Shown: piece by piece, positions 12,893-25,341 of the stretch
How the letters are laid out: every line of letters begins with the position of its first letter
Numbering within the stretch: the first letter of the stretch is position 1
Assembly: GCA_002633005.1 (NCBI GenBank)
Contig: NMRA01000154.1
Span: 507,210 to 571,209 of the forward strand
Direction: 5' to 3'
Length of the DNA: 64,000 nucleotides
Source: Phoronis australis
Lineage: Eukaryota > Animalia > Phoronida
Notes under the pieces: generated by a model
The model's database searches: none
Told to the model about the DNA's origin: nothing
Seen by the model: the letters and a program-made list of their open reading frames with translations, nothing else
Translations under genes and position numbers: made by a program

Positions 12893-15349
12893 GGAGTCAT
12901 TTCTAATCTGATTACTGAATAAGTTGGAAGCCGAAAATGTAATCGTAACTAGCCTTTAAAATAAATGGGTTTCAAAAGAAAACGCGAACATTGCCCCCAT
13001 TAGATATACATAACTCAAAATAAGACTCTTTCTGCTGCTGAAAGCCTTTACAAATTATTCACTATCACTAATTTTGATCAATGTTTACCTATTCTTAATG
13101 ACATCAAAAGTGTTTTGTCAACGCTGTTGTGTGTCAAACCGTGAATGCAGTAGGTGTAAATTAGAATTTACAAGGCTTGATAACGTGTTTTATTGTCAAT
13201 ACGTAATGATTAAAATCTATGCATAGTTTATGACTGTAAATGTATGTGTTTGTAGTCAGTCAGTAATTAGCATTCGTGCTAAGTTTATTTGTTACTATCT
13301 TTATACCGACATGAACTCAAGTTTCACTCGGCCACACTGTCGAGGCCTAGGACCAATATGACTCCCAGGTCGAGGCTAAGTATAATGACTAGTTCTCGAA
13401 TATATCTTAGATATGCTAAAGCAATGTGCCCTCCACTCAGGAAGCCGTGTGAACATATGTATATACGCTTCATGAATAACAGAAGACCACATGTCCAGAG
13501 TCGTGTTCGTTCATCGTGTTTTTCTTTCAAAATACAAATGTAAACAATGTGAGTAAACGATAGAAATTTCGAGATTCTTGCGTCTACAAAAACTCTGTCC
13601 TATTTGCGCAACTTCTTGACGATTCCTTTCTAACCCAGACACCGCATGTAATATGCATATGGAACGGCTGAGACCAGCTAAATTGCTGTAACTGGCGAAA
13701 ACTGATTTAAACTATTCTTACTCATTCGTTAACTAAAAACTTAGTCAGGGGCAAAACGAGACTTGACTCCCGATGCGTTGTCAACCATCTAATACATGTA
13801 TGTTTCATCCAAAACTGAAACTTTGTAATTGAGCCGCGTCATGCTAAATACCCGTGCGAAGTACCGCGGAATCCAAGTTAAGAATTACGAGCAAAACCAA
13901 CTTCCTGTTTTGCTTTTGCTTGTTTTTGTTTTCCTTTATTGCATTTTGTTTACAGGAGCAGTTAAAGTAGTTTTGAGCATCTTCGATCTGGCCCTCGTGC
14001 ACGCTAAGAGGTTTTGCTATTCAAATGGTTGATCTGATCAGACGCTTAATTGTGACCACGAGGACCAATGTTTCTAAAATGTGCCTGTTCTTCCAAAGTC
14101 TGATTGGTTGTGTATGTCACTCAGGGAATTCTGCTAATTAACCTTGTCGAAGTGTTCACTGATATGCGTGGCGGATCTAAGATCATTCATGGCCAGCGGG
14201 AAGGTCTGACACAGCCATGCAGTCATTGAGGGAGCACTTTGTATCCGTACACGTCCATTGGCAAAGCTAAAGGTGCGACCCACGGTCATCGGGTTGTGAG
14301 AAAAATACAAACTTTTAAATAAACATGCCGTAATCAAAAGATCACGATGTCGTTTATTTTATAAATTTGGCCATATGCAATCCCCAAAAGGTTGCATAAG
14401 TGACTTGGAAAGACGTAATTATAAACAATTCCGTGGCGGCTTTTCACAGTTTTCGGTCACTGCCCTCGGCTCCAATCATTTAACAGGACGGTCACCGTGA
14501 AGTTTCCCCATACGGAAGACTTCATACTCTTGTAAACTGGTGGAGTGAGTACCAACTTTTTTAAAAGGTGTTTCTTTCCTGAAACAAATTGGGAATTATG
14601 AAACTAGTCCAAAATATTTCCTTGCCACAGCGTTATTAATAATAGGTTTCTACCATCAAAACGAATTATGAGACTGCCTGCCAAGGAAACGAAAGTGTTG
14701 GTCAATGCGGTCAAATGTCAAAACACTTAGAAAACAGAGTTGATCACCTGACCAACCAAGATGCAAATTTATAAATTACAATTATTTTTAGTCCCGGTGA
14801 TGAGATGTGTTGATAAAAGCCTTCTGCACATCAGTTAGTCTAATAGATGGATATAACAGTTTCTAGTCGTAATGTGCGAGATCATTTCCCGTTTGTCGCT
14901 GTGCGTAATATTTGATTGTTTGCCTAATTGACATGAGATACTAGTAAACAAAGAATATTATTTCACTTTAAGCTTATTTATTCTGTCGCGTAGTTTCCGT
15001 GAGGCCTGCCACATACTTTGATATTCGACAAGCCATTTTCCTTATCCATTCCTTGCAAACCGTTGTGGGTTTCCTAAGCTCATCGAAAGAACCATCCTTC
15101 TGTTTTGGTTAACAACGAATGTCTGTGGGACAAAATGGAGGGTGGTAGTAGCTTTTACATTTTCTTGCCCACTGACATGTCGGTACAATCTATTGCACTC
15201 TGCCTGTGAGGTGCATGAACATTGACGATGGCACGCTTTGCCTCAAAGGTATACGAGTAATGCATTGTACCTAGGTACACATGTACGCATCTCTCTACCA
15301 TGTCTGTTTCAATTGCTGTGTTGTACATGTAGTTTAGACCAATAACACC

Positions 15350-15634
15350 ATGGGAGCTGGGGCGGCAAAAGAATTGAAAGAGGAACCGAGGGACGCCACT
15401 AAGCTTGGATATTCTAGTGGTCTGGCAAATCGCGGAAGAGATCCTGAGAAACGACGCACGAGTTTGTTCAATTTCATTCAGCGACAGAGAGATGCCAATT
15501 CATCAATGCTGCCGCAAAATCTGGGTAGAACTTTTAGACGACTCCGTCGCCTTTCCTCTATGGCAAACGACTACACCGTGGCGAATTCGGACGAGTATTT
15601 AAAAGACCGTCTGTCGCAGTCGTATGCTGAACTG
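15350..15634 (+). CDS. PHF24: PHF24-like first coding exon (MG N-terminus)
   Basis: Kozak-like ACCATGG just after an AG acceptor; open frame to a GTAATG donor, phase 0. Confidence 0.75.
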
Positions 15635-18600
15635 GTAATGTGTATTTTATATTGACTGTTCAGCTGACGCATACAGAATGATACTACAGTCACTATTTTC
15701 ATGCACTTTCGTTTAGACTTGAATGTTGTTTTTTTTTTTGGTTTACAGTCTCGGCTTCATTCATCGTTGTCAGCAGTTTCGTGAAGCCTAGCTTCCTTAA
15801 AATAATGCGTAATGTACACGGCAAGACGCGATGTGCGTTACACAGTGAACATCATATTGTGATAACCAATTTGTTATAATGTTTCCATGTCTCTGTATGA
15901 ACTGATCCGTTTTCGAAGAGCCATCATTTGGCGTGTTTTTTCACGTGGTAACAGCAAGTAAAAATTCAATCACGGGTCCACAGTCAAACCTGGCTAAATG
16001 AGGTGCGTAAACGTTGAGCCCTATTTTGGGAAAACACAAACTTGTCCTTTACCCAAGGTGGACGGCAGACAATCATTTTGACATCCGACTTGTTAACTTT
16101 TTCACTGTAGAGTGTTTCCTAGCAGTTTCTATTGGGAAACCCCGTCATTGACGTCACGGAAACGGAATTCCCCTTCGTTATGCGTACTGTATCCATTGGC
16201 TACACAATGCGTTTCAAATAAGCGCAGTACGCGCGGGGATGGTCATCTACTCTTTTTTACGTGCGAAAGGGAACATCTTTTAGTTTAAAGCTAACTTACG
16301 TTCATACGAACCACGTTATGTATTAGTGCTGACAGAAAGGGGCTTTATAATGACGCATCACTAAGTCACGCATTATTGGTAACAGGTCTTCAGACGACTG
16401 ATAGGCCGCCTTAATTTGTGAATGCTCGTTTTGAGGGCCTGACCTGTCTCCTTATAAGCAGCGTTCGCGTAAGCTAACCTTTATTCACAAAGGCGCCCTT
16501 CTACTGAGCCAAGCATTCACGTGGCGGTCACCATCGGCGTGCAGAATCTAAACCGCAAAATCACAAAATGTACTTCTCACAGTGAGAACGCAGATCGGCT
16601 GTCGTTCGATTTGGCTGCGCACGAAACTTCTGCCCAAACGGCATAGAACAGCCAATGGAGACTGACGTCGAAGATCTTTTTTACAGTAGTCATTAAAGCA
16701 CTCAAAATCCTCAGGTTTTTGCACTGACTCGGGTACTCTGAGTAATACTTCTTTGTTAAAGAGTATTCAAGTTACCCACGGCAAGCTTACGCGCGCGCTA
16801 CCGCTGAAAAACCTTTGAAATGAATAGGTAGGGCCATGACCCCTTGTGCGCCACCGTGGCTACGCCACTGTCTGCTTGTCTGTCTGTCTATCTGTCTGTC
16901 TGTTTGTCTGTGTCAAGGAAGTGCTGGTGCCCTGTTGCTGGTCGATTTGCATTGTACATGACTTGCCATTTATTAACGTGGTTCACACAAAGAAATGCGG
17001 GCCTGTGAACAGTTGCAAGTTTCAAGAAGAAAAATGAAGGCAATGGGCCGTCGTAACTGATTTCGAAATTCAAAAATAGCTGTTGCACGGGGTTTGAGAA
17101 TTTATTGAGAAAATTGAGTGCAACAACAACTATAGCAGTGCCCTGACATCATTCGGTTTTATGGACCTCAGCACAAGGGGCATAGGCCTACCACGGTCTG
17201 TAAAATGGCCGTTTCGAGTCGATGTTTTCCACCATGGTGACAACAGTTTAACTCTTTCAGCATGGTAGCACAAAAGACTCGAATATAGGAGGGAATTATC
17301 ATTCGCCGTTAGTGAAAAAACTCCCCTGTGAACTCTCGCTAACCGTCTAATTTGCCCCCTTATCGGCCGACTCCCCAAATAAGACGACGGCAGTTCAGAT
17401 CTTTTACCGGTGAGACGCCATTCCAACGATTTGTGATTGGGTTCTGTGCGCCTATGGAGATCGCTTGTCGACAGATTATCATCATTTTGCACATTAACAA
17501 TATACTAATTACTCGCAAGGTGACAGGTAGGACGCCTGTGTGGAAGCTCGTTTATAGTGTTGAGTTGACTTATGATCAGACTCCTTGTCTGTCATTTAAA
17601 TATGTCACATGAGAAAACGGTATTAACTTCTCAACCAGTTCATCTGTCACGGAGTGCTCGAGGCAATTTTAAATTTTTGACATTCTGCGTCCAGAAACCA
17701 AACTCAATGTCTTCTCGTGTTTCACATCCGGGCAAAGTCCACTTGTCTACGTGTATCTGTAAGCATAGTAAGTTGCTATTTGCAAGACAGTGTTGACAAT
17801 GATTGAAAGTTGTTATCCACTAATGAGCGTTTATTCACTTACAGACGAAAACCGATGAACGTTGTCATTTCTGCGACAAGTACGCTGGCTTTGGAGGCTA
17901 TTCTTGTCGCGTGTGCTCGCGAAATTTTCACTTTGACTGTGTAAAGGCCCGACACGATGTTCGTGAAGTCGTAAAAGATACCATTCACAATGCTCGCACG
18001 AAGACGGGTTGGAGTTGCCATATATGCGTAATTTCAAAGATATTTAGAATTCATACCAGTGTCTCTACCACGTTTCACCGTGGTCAATATCATTGCAAAC
18101 TCTACTCTTTCCGTTGTTATAGCCATTTACCTGGGATTGTTATTTTCAATGTCGTTTACCATTGTTGTCATTGTTTTAACCAAGTGCACAGACACCACCC
18201 TCGTCATCATCATCAATGCTATCAACATCCTCATCATTGTGGTTGTCATCACCACCTTCATCATCCTCATCACCATCATCCTCACCATCATCATCGTCGT
18301 CACCACCACCGTCATCATCATCATGACCGTTATCATCATCATGACCGTTATCATCATCATCATCATCCCTGTTATCATCACCAACAACATCATCACCACC
18401 ACCATCACAATCATCACCATCATCAACATTTCACTGACGATGGTTTAAGTAGTAACCAAAGCGTTTGTTTGTTTGTATATATTTTTGGGAATATTTTTAT
18501 TAAACCGTTTATCATCCACCACTTTCGTGTTGATCATCATCATCAGACCATCATCACTATTCTCATCATCTTCATTATAACTATCACCACAACCTTCATC

Positions 18601-21600
18601 ATCGTTACCAACACCATCACCATCAGCATCTCCATAGCTACAACTATCATCACCATCATCTTCATCATCACCAATGCACCATCATCGTAATGGTAGTCAT
18701 CACTTCCACCATCATCATCACCACCATCGCCACCACTATCATCAGCTCCATCACCATCATCATCACCGCCGTACAATTTTCTAGTGATGTCTCCATTATT
18801 CCAGGATGACGTCAGCTTGTTGCTTACCACTAAGGAAATGAAAGATCTGCTGAAAAGTTTCAGGATCAATAACATCAAAAAGGGTACGCTCTAATTCAAT
18901 TTCAGGATAAGTCATAATAGTTTCGTGCAGAAATATCTTGAAGACTCTAGCTATCAAGTATGATCATCCCTGGAGGGTTTGTGCTGGTGTTTAGTTCTTT
19001 GTCAACGTCGACGTTATTTCTTTAATCAGTGTTGCTTTTCCAACAAGCTCAAGAATAAATGTCTTCAAAATACATTTGTTTTTTTACAAAGAAACACCTC
19101 AGCAAGTGTGCAAGCAAGTAAATAGCTACTTGCAAGTAAATCCCATTCCTGCGGCGGCATTTTGTGGCAAAATTTCAAGACATATTTTGGTGAAATAGTA
19201 AAAAGCGTGCCCCTTCCGAGGCCATTATATTTTGCAACATATCTTAAAGTGGTTTTAAACTCGCGTGCTGTCCAATTTTTGCTATCTGTTGACTTAAACC
19301 ATTTACCACTATAAAGTATGTCTCAACTTGTCCATTACTCAGATGGGAAGTGATTTTTGGGTTTGCAAAGACCATACTCGACTCATAAAATGGCTCGAAG
19401 TGACAAGCCAAGGTGTAGAGCTTGGGCTCTCTCTCTTGAAAAGTGGCTTATGGCATAAGTCTCACTTCGCAATATTGCTGAATAGAAGGCCAAGCAAAGT
19501 AATTATAAGCGCATCACAGTCTAAACTATGCGTGACTTTTGCTTTAGTGGAATTTGATTATTTTTCAGAACTTGTTTCGGGAACGTAAGGCAATTTTTTA
19601 TCTTAAGTCTTACGTCACGTTTAATGAAACTAGTCCCTAGTCTCATGCAATAACGAGATGTGAGTTCTTTCGAAGCTCTGAATCCTCCTTGATTAGAGAG
19701 CAGTTTGAGACCATTTTCATAACCGTGGTCTAAATCAAAAGTTTTTCGCCGCAACAGAAGTTGGGTTTATAACCACTTATTTGAAATCAATTTTTTTGCT
19801 AACGTAAACTGAATGCAACTCCTCGGCGATAGTTTACCGTCGTCTTTGGAACGTTAATAGACGTACTTATCTTAGGAAAAAGCAAATTGAAACCGTTGAG
19901 TGGGAGGAAAGCTATAACAGCCATTCTTCGATAGAGGGCGCCATGATGAAATACGTCTTGTAACAGGAGACCATAGGGTAGTTGGTAGATAACGTTCCTC
20001 TCTCTTGTATCAATTTAATGTAGTGGGGTATTTTTCAGCGTCTTTATAAACCATTTGCAGCCATCATGCAGTCGAATTGACACTGGTGTGCCGGTGGGAT
20101 ATTCAAAAGATTCATTAAACAACAATCAACGTCTCAAAACGTCTGTGAATGAAACAAATTACGTTTCGTCCCTGTCAACTGGGCCTCAGAATAAGAAGTG
20201 TGGGGAAGTATTTAGACGATAAATACTCCTTCAAACTATTTACTAAGTGTTTCACGTAATTTCAGAAACTTTGACGTCATGTGTTGGGCTGTATTGTTCT
20301 TTTGCAGACGCCACAGTTAACTTGGACGACTACCTGCGCTACCGCCAAAACATGTCATCTACGGGAATGGACGAAATCGACATAAACGAAGAAAAAACGC
20401 GATTCGACAATATGGATACGAAAGCAAACGGAACGGTTGACTGGCAAGAACTCTTGAACGAGGAAAGCGTTCGAGTTTTGGCTAAAAGGCCCAAGGTGCA
20501 TTTGCGTCATAAAGTAGCCATAAGTAGCCATAGAATAGGTCTATTCGGAATCTGGAACAGCTTTTGCATGTTTTTCCACACACTGTTACCTTTCAGGGAC
20601 TCTCGCCTCACAAAGTTGTTTTCAGAGCCATTATAGTGGTTGAATACTTGTTTTTACCATTTTGATTGGTTTTCAAATTTTGGATTTGAAAATAAACAAA
20701 ATTTTACGATTTTCTACAAAATTTTCATTTTTATACAAACACATTGTCATTGGCATTTGATTGCCAATGTTTCAGGCTTTTCCGAGTACATTGATTAGAT
20801 TTTTAGATTATTCAAGAGAATTGAAGGACACTTGACTTTAGGGATATTTTTGTACCCGGATCAAAGATCGTGATTCATTTTTGTGTATAACACGCGAAAA
20901 AATAATTTAATTTTATTTTAACCTTTTTATTTGCCAAACTCGGTTCTAGCAACTTGTATGTTAGTGCCACCCTGATATAAAAGAATCATGAAATCTATTT
21001 ATGCCTATAATGTAACACTAAGCGTGGCGAAAGTTGGTATACGTAGTAAATGTCACGGAATCACATCGTGAGAGCCGGCTTACGTAGCAAATGTCACACC
21101 ATCTCATCTCGCGAGTGCTGGCTTACGTAGTAAATGACACGCAATCACATCGCGAGAGCAGGCTTAGGTAGTATATGACATGCAATCACGTCGCGAGAGC
21201 TGGCTTACGTAGTAATTGTCATGCCATCACATCGCGAGAGCTGGCTTATGTAGTACATGTAAATGTCACACCATGTCATCGCGAGTGCTGGCTTAATAGT
21301 AAATGTAACGCCATCAAACTGTTGACTTACGCAGCAAAAAACTCGCCATCACGTCACAAGAAATTAAAAAAGCTACGGCTGAACATGTGTTTGGAACACG
21401 CATGTGCTGTGATAGAGACATACGGGCAAGAAACTTATCTAGCTAAATTTAGTTTTCGATCTTGCCTTAATACCCGAAAGTATTGCTAGTAAACCAATTA
21501 CAGGATTTCTTTACTTTCATGGGGTTACATTGCATTGCACTTTTCTTCGTGTAACTGTTGTCACAACAGGAAAATCTGGTGCGCATTCTTGACGGCAAAG

Positions 21601-24600
21601 AGTTGGAAAAGTGTAGGAGAGCCTTCAGAATGTTTGACGAGAATGGCGATGGTTGCATTTCGTACACAGAGGCGCAGAGGGCTTACTTGAGGCTGCGAAG
21701 AGCAAGGTAATTTAAACTTGGAAGACAGTGGTACCACTGTGTACCCGAAGTACGTCAAGGGAGTGCCGAACGTGTGCTCCTTGAGGGGAAACCTATGTAA
21801 TTTATTACCGTTGTAGATACGGAATGCAAATGGAATGCAACGTTTCCGTCCTCCTTTGTTTTCACATGTATTTTAATTCTGAAAGACGTTTGTAAATTGC
21901 GCGATAAATACGTGAAACAGGAAATCGTTTGTGAATGGTTGACTGTAAAGAAGTTTAGGAGTGTGTTCTTTCTCACCAGGGCTACTTCGTCAAAGGTGAT
22001 GGATGACGTCATTGATCAACACTTCGGAGACGATCTTTCAGCGATGGCACGGGATGCCAGCTTAGCGTAAGAACAAACTTTAACTATCTGTTGCGTTCTC
22101 CCTCGTTGGTAACACAGTGTTGAACTTCAATTTCGCGCTGTTTGATAGACACGTTTTTGAAGAACGTTACAAGCGCAGATATTGTGAGAATATCTACCTG
22201 GGGCTGGGATCTAATTTTGTGACTCGGAATTGAAATTATTTTTTACATTTTCCGGTCTACTTTGTGCGAACTCCAGGTAAATGTATATTATTTCTTGCTC
22301 GAGTGCATTAAGATTAATGCTGATGAGTTTTTATTCCAAGTTCGCACTTAATGACTCTTAAAATCGCCAGCTACAAACTGGTCAAGAACTAGAGATTTCA
22401 AGTAAAAACTCGAGATTTTGTAACTTTACTACTGGGGTTGTTAAGTGCTTACTAGGATTAGGAACTCATCAGGGTAACCCATGAGTACGGATCATTGGAC
22501 ACTTATCAGGAGTTCGTTCAAAGGCAGACCGCAAAATGAAAACGTTAATTTCGAGTTCAATTTCGGGTGCAAAGATTAGACCCCAGCACACGGGATTATT
22601 TCACACAAAATGCTCTTCGTCGCTTTTAGGTGTTGTATCTGATACCCCTGTGTTCTATAATGTTAAGAAGAAGAAAGTTAGAGAACTTTAAATTTTAAAG
22701 AAATGTGAAACACTGGTCGTATAATAGTGTTAACTAGTGGTTCCTCTCGAGAAAATGTAAAACCTAGTATGCTCTTGGTTGTTCCTCTCAATTTTAAACA
22801 CTTCAGGTTGTTACTAAGTGAAACTAGTTTCATAGCGAAAACCGGTTTTAATCAAAAGTTAGTGATTTTGGCAGAAAATGGGTTCACAGCATTTTTATAA
22901 TGTCGTTATGTTACAAGTATTTAATCGACCCGAAGTCCGGCAAACACCGTATTCTGTTTCCGGATTGATAAGGGGACCGTGTCTTAAAATTGGTTATTTT
23001 AAACCGGCATTAAACCCGTGCTTTCTGTTAAAACAAAGTTTTAAGTTCGATCACTTAGCGTTAGAAATAGGTCTTGTTCCTTACTCGTTAAAGAAACCAT
23101 CTCAAGTCATGTGACCTGGAGCTCATCCTGACGACATAATGAGCTGCAAACACAGAAATCACACCTGTTTTGACCAAGGAACAATTTGACATAAATATAT
23201 CTTGTTTTCTTGTTTACAGAAAGCTTTGGTTTATTGCAAAATTTGCACCTTTAACTTATTAAATAGATAAAACTTGTGAGAGTTTAGAATTAGACGGAAT
23301 AGCCTAATATTAAAGGAGCATGCCACCCAAAAAACAACCTAATTTGTATGAATTTAGATCGAGTAGTTCTACTCCATAACGACACGTACGGTTGCGTTAC
23401 CCGACACCTGACGGCAGACGGAGGTGTTGATTATCCAATGACGTCATCGGTTTCACACACAGTCTGTTCAGCAGTTCACAACATGGGTTACTGGTGTCAG
23501 CTTATCGCTTGAAGTCATCGTTTAACACCAATAAATCATCAAACTTCGATGTAAAACCCTTGAAAATACACCGAGTTCTTATAAAAACGTGTTGTTTTAT
23601 TTCGCTCTTACGGATTGATTGATATTTGGACACACCGTAGCCTACAAAGTTCGGCAGGCCAATAAGGTCCGTAGCAGGAGTTTGGAGTCCGCCGGCCGGG
23701 ATTGACTCGTCAGTTATCGATCCCGGCCAGTGGCTCGGAAACTGATCAGACATCACGAACATAAACCATCCAAAGTTCAGTGGAAACTAAACTTCCAGTC
23801 AAGAAAATACTATAATAGTGAGCCAAAGTAATGCGCAAGTGATTATGTTGCTGAATTAGCCACGGAACTGCAAATCTACTTACTCGTCGGGTGGCGAATT
23901 CACTCGGGTTCCGCTTTGGCCACAGCACCGTCAGGGCAGAAGTTGTACATAGACAATCATTATTTGAGTAATGTAGATCTAAATAAAGATTCCCCTAACA
24001 CCTGATCGTGGGATGGAAATCGAGTTGCTTCACAACAGTTTCTGCCAGCAGACACTAAATTAGCATGAGCTCACACGGCCTCGGTGTCCCGTCAATTAGT
24101 TTTATAGCACCTAAAGCCGGTAACGCAGTGATTTATTCATTGCTGGCTTCTCAAATCATTTGCACTCACGAACACTCCAAATTAAGGCATTACAAATTGC
24201 CTCTAATGAGACAGACTTTTAGTTTCAGTTGGTTAGGGTGAGAATAATTCATTTTGAAACAGAACGTTCAGTAATAAACGGGAACATGGCAACTCGCAAT
24301 CCCAACTTAGGACGAGCTAGAGCTCATCAGTCCCGACTTCGCAGGTGCATCGTTAAGTTTCACAGGCTATCAATTCGAACAGGAATACAGGTGATGAAAA
24401 AATACTAGAGAGGCGCCGTGAACAAGCTCAGACAACGGAACGTATGGTTATTTGGTAAGCAAGCATCTGATTCCGCGTCAGGCACTGTTGACGTCTGCAG
24501 GCCACAGACACGGAGATGTTTCACGGCCTCATACTTGCTATTTACAGCGTACATTTCATTCTTCACTACCATGAGCCACTTCCTAAGCATTTCGTACTCT

Positions 24601-25341
24601 CGAGGAAGTAAAAAAACGATATACCCGCTTTCCTCGGAGCAGCTTAGTTCGGACAAGCGGGAACGATGCACCGCAACACAGCGGCATTCGCTATGCATAT
24701 GAACCACTGACGTCGCCAGCGTCGTTTCTCACCTTCCTCACAGGTTAACGCGACACCTCTTGGCAAGGTAAGGTCGACCGTATGTGAGGCGATGTGGATA
24801 TAGACCGTTTAAGACGGCAAAAAAGACTATTTAAATCGGGTGGCATTCTCCTTTAAACCTGCAGTTCTCCTCCTTTAGCTGGTCAAAGAAACAAAAAATG
24901 GATTACACTTTTTGCTCTCGAAAACTGATCTGATAACATTCCTTAGACTGATAGGATTCTATTTCCTTCACCAACAATAATCTCGAAACCATCATCGAAT
25001 CAAGAAAGCTTTTCTAAGTTTAATGCCATTTGCTGAACCTAATTTTGCGAATTTGAATTGGCGCACTAACTTGAGTACTGGGATCATTCGCATGTTCGGA
25101 TGAGTGTGGTAGTTTCTAAAACCCAAAGAGTAAACAGCTAACCCGCGGTGAAATGCCCTTGGGATTGAATAATGCATGTGAAGTGGCAAGGTCGGGGCTA
25201 GTTGATACTTTTTCCACCAAAAGGTGTCAGTACAAATGTTCATACTATTCTTATTACAGAAACATATCCATAGAGGAGTTCGTCAAGAGTCAGGCGATCT
25301 GTTGTATTGCTGGTCGGCCTGACCGAGCCGTGGTCGATTAG
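15350..25341 (+). CDS. PHF24: PHD finger protein 24 / GINIP-like (PHD finger plus EF-hands)
   Basis: Exons 15350-15634, 17845-18027, 18805-18883, 20308-20495, 21570-21706, 21980-22066, possibly 24744-24767, and 25260-25341. Motifs CRVCSRNFHFDC, TGWSCHIC-DDVSLLLTTKEM, LDDYLRYR, VDWQELLNEES...RP, LVRILDGKELEKCRRAF and IAGRP parallel vertebrate PHF24 as I recall it ([51 protein letters not shown]). Confidence 0.85.
17845..18027 (+). CDS. PHF24: PHF24-like PHD-finger exon
   Basis: TKTDERCHFCDKY...CRVCSRNFHFDC...GWSCHIC, C4HC3 pattern. Confidence 0.9.
18195..18770. repeat. Degenerate (CAT/CAC)n trinucleotide microsatellite in two blocks, in a PHF24 intron
   Basis: Long CATCAT/CACCAT runs at about 18195-18425 and 18513-18770. 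Confidence 0.9.
18805..18883 (+). CDS. PHF24: PHF24-like exon
   Basis: DDVSLLLTTKEMKDLLKSFRINNIKK, TTCCAG acceptor, GTACGC donor. Confidence 0.85.
20308..20495 (+). CDS. PHF24: PHF24-like EF-hand exon
   Basis: VNLDDYLRYR...FDNMDTKANGTVDWQELL...KRPK. Confidence 0.88.
21040..21350. repeat. About 6-7 x 41 bp minisatellite (TACGTAGTAAATGTCACGCCATCACATCGCGAGAGCTGGCT)
   Basis: Tandem units visible directly in the sequence. Confidence 0.9.
21570..21706 (+). CDS. PHF24: PHF24-like EF-hand exon
   Basis: ENLVRILDGKELEKCRRAFRMFDENGDGCISYTEAQRA. Confidence 0.88.
21980..22066 (+). CDS. PHF24: PHF24-like exon
   Basis: CACCAG acceptor, ATSSKVMDDVIDQHFGDDLSAMARDASL, GTAAGA donor, phase 2-2. Confidence 0.75.
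22201..22589. mobile_element. Putative MITE with about 34-bp imperfect TIRs
   Basis: GGGCTGGGATCTAATTTTGTGACTCGGAATTGAA ... TTCAATTTCGGGTGCAAAGATTAGACCCCAGCAC. Confidence 0.6.
23310..24856 (-). mobile_element. Non-autonomous Kolobok-like DNA transposon with TTAA TSD and a decayed THAP-like segment
   Basis: TTAA-AGGAGCATGCCACCC ... GGGTGGCATTCTCCT-TTAA. The minus-strand frame 24405-24707 reads CVAV...VFLLP...LRKWL...HLRVCGL, resembling a THAP domain. Confidence 0.75.
25260..25341 (+). CDS. PHF24: PHF24-like last coding exon
   Basis: TTACAG acceptor, NISIEEFVKSQAICCIAGRPDRAVVD then stop; resembles the PHF24 C-terminus. Confidence 0.75.

Noticed and set aside
17911-18878. Long His-rich, Ile/Thr-rich and Met-rich ORFs (259, 129, 100 and 111 aa)
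   Set aside because: These are translations of the intronic (CAT)n microsatellite. Only 17845-18027 and 18805-18883 are real PHF24 exons.
22067-22070. PHF24 ending at the in-frame TAA immediately after DASLA
   Set aside because: The same bases form a good GTAAGA donor, and a phase-compatible downstream exon supplies the PHF24-like C-terminus.
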